The position numbers were made by a program, and so were the translations under genes. A stretch of DNA of 64,000 bases from Flaccisagitta enflata (Eukaryota). This document shows positions 57,056-64,000 of the stretch, piece by piece. The notes beneath the pieces are model-generated. The model did no database searches and was not told the origin of the DNA. It worked only from the letters and a program-made list of their open reading frames with translations. The stretch's first letter is position 1, and each line of letters begins with the position of its first letter. The DNA is taken from the NCBI GenBank assembly GCA_965153355.1, contig OZ231126.1:18786001-18850000 (forward strand), in the 5' to 3' direction.

Positions 57056-59106
57056 TTTAGGGCCGGTTCTTTTTCAACTGATACAATTTATGACTCGTGC
57101 AATGAAGCTATGATTTTTAAATAATTCTAACATATTAAAGTAAGCTCTTCATGGTTTTAATCTAAGTGCTACAGGTGCAAAAATTTGTCGTGCAGGTGTC
57201 AATTCATACTTCGTGTGTTTTTTTAATAATTCTAATAATTTTGATGATTTTCTCTTTCCCTCTTCAGCTGCCTCAATGATGGCATCCTACCACGGCCATT
57301 CTCAAACGTTCACTGTTCACTGAAACGGTTTCATCGACAGCGAAATCAACATATATGACATCATTGCCTTGGCCTATTTGAGATAAAGAAATCCGGCGAT
57401 TCTTGGACGACCATCGTCCAACTTTTTAACAAAGCACGGATCCAATACCTCGTCTGCGAGGGCAAGCTCATCACTTGCCATCCTTGCCCTAAAAGACCAG
57501 TTTAGGATTACCAAAAGGGGATCATCGCTCACGATGGTCACTGCAACGCGAGTCCCGAAGTTGCGAGTTTCGTCTTAGTGGGGATAAGACCTAGACTGTC
57601 AAAATTGTTACTTCCCAAACTGTTACTACGGTGAAGACCTCCGCCTCCGTCTCCGTCATTCCCGTCACCTCGCCACTGCAGCCCAAGTTCGTCCATCACT
57701 CAATATTCTACCAGCACCGTCGCCGAATGCTTCAGGACGTCCGGCGGCCACAACTCACAAGTACAGCATTCCATGTGACAAGGTGAAGGATACGTCTGTT
57801 TGGCTTCCGTGTACACACGTACATGGTCCAATGGACACAGTAATCCCGGTGCTTCTTGCATCACTACTACTGTCATTGTAACTTTTACTCTCTGGCTGGG
57901 TGATGTAAAGCAAGTGCAACAGTGGAGATTAGTCTTTTAAGTTGCGGACACGCAACTCTATAAGAGGCTTTTTCCGTCCATCGGTCCGTCGGTCCGTTCG
58001 TCTGTCAGCACAAGTTGAGCATTTTAGAACCTTAATGTGTATGCATCTGTGTTGTGAAGGGGGTTGGGTGGGGCGCTGGGAGTGGATGAGGATTGGCTGC
58101 CCCTGCCCACCCGTCCGCTACGATATTGTGACCCCGCGTCACTTGTTACATGAAACATTCCTTTGCCTTGTAACGTAACTTCTCTGGTCTGTCACGTGTC
58201 ACTATTGCTTTGTCACGTGACACGTCCCCTTGCTTTGTCACGTGATTCGGCTCATTGCTCTGCCACGTTACTTTGTCCTCCGGTCTGTCACGTGACCTCT
58301 TCCATTTCTCATGAGTCATCGCCGGGTTCATGCCTCTCACAAAAGGCGCTCTTCAAGGCGCTTTCAAGTCCGCATTCTCGTCTTTTCTTTTTCTCTCTTT
58401 TTCTTTACGAGACGAAGGCGCCCCGTTTTTTAATGCTCGATACTTTATATCGCAACATGAGATCATGAGAGAGAAAGGGGATGAACAAACGGAACGACGT
58501 GCTTTTATGTTTCTTTTGTGTGTTTATCTTGGGAGTTTTGCCATCGCGCAATTCCTTGCTCTTTTGACTTTTTTCTTTATTCTCTCATATTCGTAATGCT
58601 GTTTTTGAAGTTAGTATGAGGCTCTTAAAGAAGAAAACAAGGCTGGATACACGGCTACCCCAGTCGCGTGAAGGTGGGTAGGAGCAGTGATGGAGAAGGT
58701 CATTGCGACATTTGGGCAAGAGCAGTGCGCTCAAAACGCTAAAAAACGCTGAAAAGTAGAATGAAGACTGATGGACCAATCGACCGACTGACCAACCGAC
58801 TGACGGACAAAGCGGGGTGTAGAGTCGCGTAGCACGCGACTAAGAATAACTAAACGGGTTCCGTTGGGGAGGGGCAGGATACATATGCATTACTAATGGG
58901 CAAGCTCCATGAGAAATTTGTTCACGGCTTGTAAATGTCGAGAAAAAAAAATATCCGTGACAATTATTGGTCCAAAAAAGATTGACAGACAAACGAATAT
59001 AGCGTGGTTAGAGTTGTGTAGATGCTCACTTCTTATAATAATCAGTTTATTCACATAGTAAACATGTAGCAGAACAATGAAAAGAGAAACAAATAAATTA
59101 ACAAGG

Positions 59107-59305
59107 AACAAGGCCGGATACACGGCTACCGAAGTCGCGTGCGGGTGGGCAGGGGCCATATTTGAGGTCACCAGACCATTTGGGCTGGAGCAGTGAGGTC
59201 AAAGAAGTAAAATCATAAAAAAAAGTAAAGTGTGACGGACCAACCGACCGACCAACCGACCAACGGACAATGCGGGTTGTAGAGTCGCGTGCACGCGACT
59301 AAAAA
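59107..59305 (-). mobile_element. Short HINE-like element, close copy of 34465-34652
   Basis: Near-identical along its length to the 34465 copy. Confidence 0.85.
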
Positions 59306-60347
59306 TGGCGTTCAATTGAGGGTCAATGCGAATTCGATTTAGAAACTTGCTGGTGCGATACTCCACCAGTTCTTCCCAATTAAATCGAGATAAAAGAGAT
59401 ATTCGCGCACAGATTGCCACTGCCGATAATTAAAGATCCGGCGGAAAACAGAGTTATAGGCAACTCTTAGTTGACGACGAGTGTCTTGATCTGAAACAAC
59501 AAGGACTTCAATCCCATACGAAAGTTAGGAAGTTTGCATTGAAGTGAGAGTCTCTCTTTCAATCATTCTCGAATTTCCAACCCGAATTTCTTTTGTCATG
59601 AATCATCGTCTGATAACGCGCCTAAAAAAGATGAGAATCCCACCCTGGAAGCAGAATTGCAGAATCCCCGACATTGACCTTTTTGAATTGTGGAAATTTT
59701 TATCCACACCCACGAACAATAGCGAAAAGTCTTTGGTTCATTTCACACCAGAAATGTTCTTTGTTATGAGTCTCGTCCAGTTCAGACGTCCTCTCCTGCT
59801 CGATTATTATCGGGATTTTTTTCCCCTCTCTCTCTCTCCGTTTGTTCGGAGCTCACGATCAACAAAGATACTCTGAAACTACATGTCTTCTAATTACGGC
59901 ACAACAAGAATAAAAAACGAACTCATTTTACTAAACTCCCAAACATCTACAAATACTCATGACGGGGAGTGAACGAAAATAATATGTGGATCAGGCGAAC
60001 TGAATAATGAATTAAAATACGAATAATATGGACCTAAAGAAGTGATAACAATGTGTTCTCCTTGCGGACCCATCAAAATCTACGTGGCCCGGCAACTACG
60101 TCACCGTCTTAGGCTAGGGTTGAGGGACCCCTATCCACCTTCAATCCTACGTTGGCGTGCGCCAAAACGGATCATGTTACGTCTACAATATTTCCCGGGT
60201 GGCGGTGTCTTACGAATCACACTCAACGTGAATGTCTTCAGGGAATGAAAGGTGAGTTAAAATGCCTGATGTTAACTGATATGCTACACTCCCCAGGGCA
60301 GTTCTTTTCGGTTTTTCCGATCGCGTTTGTTATTGCTCTTTCTAAAC

Positions 60348-63300
60348 ATGCAAAATTCTCAGGATATAACGGATACACTGAATGATCAAACTAAGGATTT
60401 TAGAAATATGTTTCAAATTGATGAAGATGATATAAACAACGAATTACAATCTAATCTACCAGATAGTCAATACTTCACTGAAACTGATTACTTAAACCTC
60501 TTAACCAATGAAAAACTAAGTGATCAGACTAGTCTAAAGATAATTTCACTCAATATTGCAAATATTCTGTCCAAGCTGAGAAGCTTCAAAATCTTCATTC
60601 AAAACCTATCTAATGAATCCAATAAACCAAACATAATTGCTGTAACAGAAACGCATCTGCATAACAACCAAAATCATGGTTATACTGAAGACGAACTTCA
60701 GAACCTTTTACCAGGTTACAAGTTTTTCAACGCAAACAGGAAAAAGAAAAAAGGTGGCGGAGTTGGCATTTTCGTTGACACCAGGTTTGCGACTGACGCA
60801 AAAGTCGAGTCAAATGAACTTTTTATTGATGAAATTTTTGAGGTAATGTCATTACGCATACCCCAGGTCTCCTTTGAAAGACATAAAAAAGACTTGATTA
60901 TTCTGACTGTTTATAGACAGCCTGGGAACGGCAATCTAGACAAATTTCTTGAATCCATCCAAAGATGGCTGACAAAATATGATAAAAGAACTAACGAAAT
61001 TCTTATAACAGGAGACATGAATTTAGACCTTCTCAAATATGAGTCTCACAAACCGACGTCAGACTATCTTGATGCGATGATGTCTCATTCTCTGCTGCCA
61101 ATGATAAATCGACCGACTAGAATTAAACACTCTAGTGCAACCCTTATAGACCACATATTTTATAAATCTGTTGCAAGGAAAACGGGCATCTTAACAAGCG
61201 AAATTGCAGGATCACATGGTTTTACTGATCACTACCCTGTTTTCTGTATCCTTGGCATAAATAACGACAAATCTAGACCTAAAAAAACTACAGTAGGACC
61301 CCACCTCATCGGTCCCGTGGGGACTGAAGATTTTTCGCCTTTATCTTAGGATAATCTTTAAAGAGAGGTCAAATCACATTAAAAACTGTTGCAAGGAAAA
61401 CGGGCATCTTAACAAGCGAAATTGCGGGATCACATGGTTTTACTGATCACTACCCTGTTTTCTGTATCCTTGGCATAAATAACGACAAATCTAGACCTAA
61501 AAAAACTATTCAGAAAAATTATTTTACAACTGATGGACATGAAAAACGAAGAAAAGCAGTAAGAGATCAATGCTGGGATGACTTTTTTGCTGAGAATGAC
61601 CCTGATATTGCGTATCAAATGTTTCAAGACAAATACTGCTCATTTTACAATGACTCTCTGACAACAAAAACTTTTGAAGTTAAATGGGATCATTACCCAA
61701 GGGAACCTTGGATGACAACTGAAATAATAAGAAAAATGAAAAGACGCGATCGATTATCAAGGCAACCTGGAAGAAGAGATGACTACAAACTTAAAAGAAA
61801 TGAGATTGTTGCAAACTGTCGTAAAGCTGAACATGATTACTACAAGAAAAAGGTATCAGAGAATTGGAATAATATAAAGGAGCAATGGAATATCATACGA
61901 AAGGCAATGGGCAAAGTTAATGACAAATCAGGCTTTCCATCTACCTTTTTCCACAATGACACCTGGATGACAGACAAACAAAAAATATCTAACAACATGA
62001 ATGCATATTACTCTGCTGTTGGGCCAGATACCAATAAAAGTGTTGGTGAATCCAGAAAGGATCCCTCATTCTTCCTATCTAAAAACAAAGAACGTGTAAC
62101 CCATCAACTATTGACTTGTCGTTTTACTAGGCAGGATGTCATGAACGCTTGCCGGCTTCTTCATCCAAAGACCAGTTGTGATGCCTATGGGCTTTCTCAA
62201 AAGGTTATTCTTGGTGATATGGACATTCTGGCGCCGATGTTTGTGCACTTGATCAACTGCTCTCTATCATCTGGTAAGTGTCCTGATATGAGTAAAATAG
62301 CAAGAGTTATTCCTGTTTACAAAAACAAGGGAGAAAAATACCTTTTTACCAATTACAGGCCAATATCCTTGCTGCCAATTTTTTCAAAAATTATTGAGAA
62401 ACTTGTATACAATAAGATATTTCATTTCCTGGTGCGGTACGGAATACTATTTAAATCACAATACGGGTTTAGAAAGGGGCACAACACCACACATGCCACT
62501 CTAGATTTTCTCAAAACCATAGAAAATGCAATGAAGGAAAATGAACTTTCAATAGGAGTTTTTTGTGATCTCTCAAAAGCTTTTGATACTCTTGACCATG
62601 AAATTTTACTCATGAAGCTTGATCACTATGGTATTAGAGGGAAATGGTTATCCTGGATACGATCTTACCTCACAAATAGGCAACAATATGTTGATATGGA
62701 TGGTACCAAAAGCTCCTTGGCCCCAATTCTATACGGTGTACCACAGGGAAGCATCCTAGGTCCTCTTCTGTTTTTGATACACATTAATGACCTGCCTGCA
62801 GCTTTGGACAAAGTGATTCCTGTTATGTTTGCTGATGATACTAACCTTGTCATAAAAGGAAAAAATATCAATGAACTTGTGACAACCCTAAATGCTGAAC
62901 TTGACAGTTTGAGTGACTACTTTAAGGCCAATAAGCTTAAACTGAACGTTGATAAAACTAAACTTGTCTGCTTTAGAAAAAAAGGATAGATGATCTGTCT
63001 GAGGGATATGATCTGTCTGAGGATTCCTGACGTAATACTTGATGGCTCAATCTTAGAATGTGAAAAAGACACTACATTTCTAGGAATAACTCTAGATGAG
63101 CATCTCACATGGGAAAACCACTGTAACAAAGTCGCAAACAAAATGGCTAAAAACACAGGTGTGTTGAATCGAGTCAAAAAAAGTCTTCCTACTTGTTCAC
63201 TTCTCACTATTTATAACTCTCTTATCTTTTCTCACCTCTGCTATGGACTTGAAGTATGGGGAGCAACGTTTGAAAAGAACTTAAAAAGAATAGTTGGAAT

Positions 63301-63739
63301 ACAAAAAAAAGCTATACGAATAATATCTAAATCACATTGGCTCGCACACAGTGAACCCCGCATGAAAAAACTTAAACTACTAAAACTACCTGATCAGCAC
63401 AGGCACCAATGTATTAGCCTCATGTACAACATGACAAAAGGAATAGGGCCTGACATCTATGACTATCAACAGCATCTCTATGGAGAAAACTCAAATCACA
63501 ATCTTAGGTCAGCAAGCCAACATCCAAATAATGTTAAGCTTCCCCCTCTTTCATCAATTGGGAACAAACGTTCTTTCCCTTGTCTGGCACCCTCACTCTG
63601 GAATGACTTACCTGATAATATCAAGCAAATAGACTCAAAAAAACGTTTTAAAAAAGAAACTAAAGAGCTCTTGCTCCAAAATTACCTCAAAAAATGTGAA
63701 TGTACTAACCCCCTTTGCTCTGACAGGAAATTTCACTGA
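60348..63739 (+). mobile_element. CR1/L2-group non-LTR retrotransposon ORF2 (APE + reverse transcriptase), disrupted
   Basis: APE motifs SLNI, VTETH, GGGVGIFV, VYRQP, GDMNLD, PTRI, IDHIF, TDHYP. RT motifs NYRPISLL, QYGFR, DLSKAFD, GVPQGSILGP, FADDT, FLGI. Broken by a duplication/insertion at 61291-61508 and an in-frame TAG at 62987-62989. No ORF1 recognised. Confidence 0.95.
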
Positions 63740-64000
63740 TTCTTTCTTTTTCTCCCTTCATCATCCATCGCCTCTCTCGTCCTTCTTCCTCTTTGTCTCA
63801 TGCTACGTCCTTTGTCCTATGTCATATTTCATATGTCCTTACAATGATTGCTCAGTCCTCATATGACCTACACCCTTTCTTCACTTCTTAGCCTCATCAG
63901 TCAATGCTATGGGCACTCTCCAAACCTGCCATGGGATAGGGTGGTTTATTAGTCCGACAACTATTGTCACAAAATAGATGGAGAATTGCTATAGCTCTAC

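Noticed and set aside
59310..60326. Possible ORF1 upstream of the LINE
   Set aside because: No long ORF or recognisable ORF1 motif. The 5' boundary and TSD could not be placed.

Overview
This is repeat-dense eukaryotic DNA, not prokaryotic. It is most likely crustacean, inferred from the cytochrome c sequence and the extreme microsatellite load. One host gene is identified with confidence: a 3-coding-exon cytochrome c on the minus strand (7334-4470, 106 aa). Weaker candidates are a 2-exon Thr-rich single-pass membrane protein (184-1346), a phase-compatible minus-strand exon pair at 30960-30278 and a few orphan exon-like stretches. The rest is mostly mobile DNA: a young but broken CR1/L2-group LINE (APE+RT, ~60.3-63.9 kb), a decayed Penelope-like element with a degenerate hammerhead motif, two tRNA-derived SINEs with TSDs and a shared core, four non-autonomous Helitrons, many DINE-1/HINE-like elements (some carrying expanding 10-20 bp tandem arrays), Tc1/hAT/piggyBac/Chapaev-like MITEs and foldbacks, and deep nested insertions. 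No CRISPR array, rRNA or intact tRNA was seen. I cannot support a new biological system from this sequence; the best leads are TE-biology ones. Most ORF-track entries are microsatellite artefacts.
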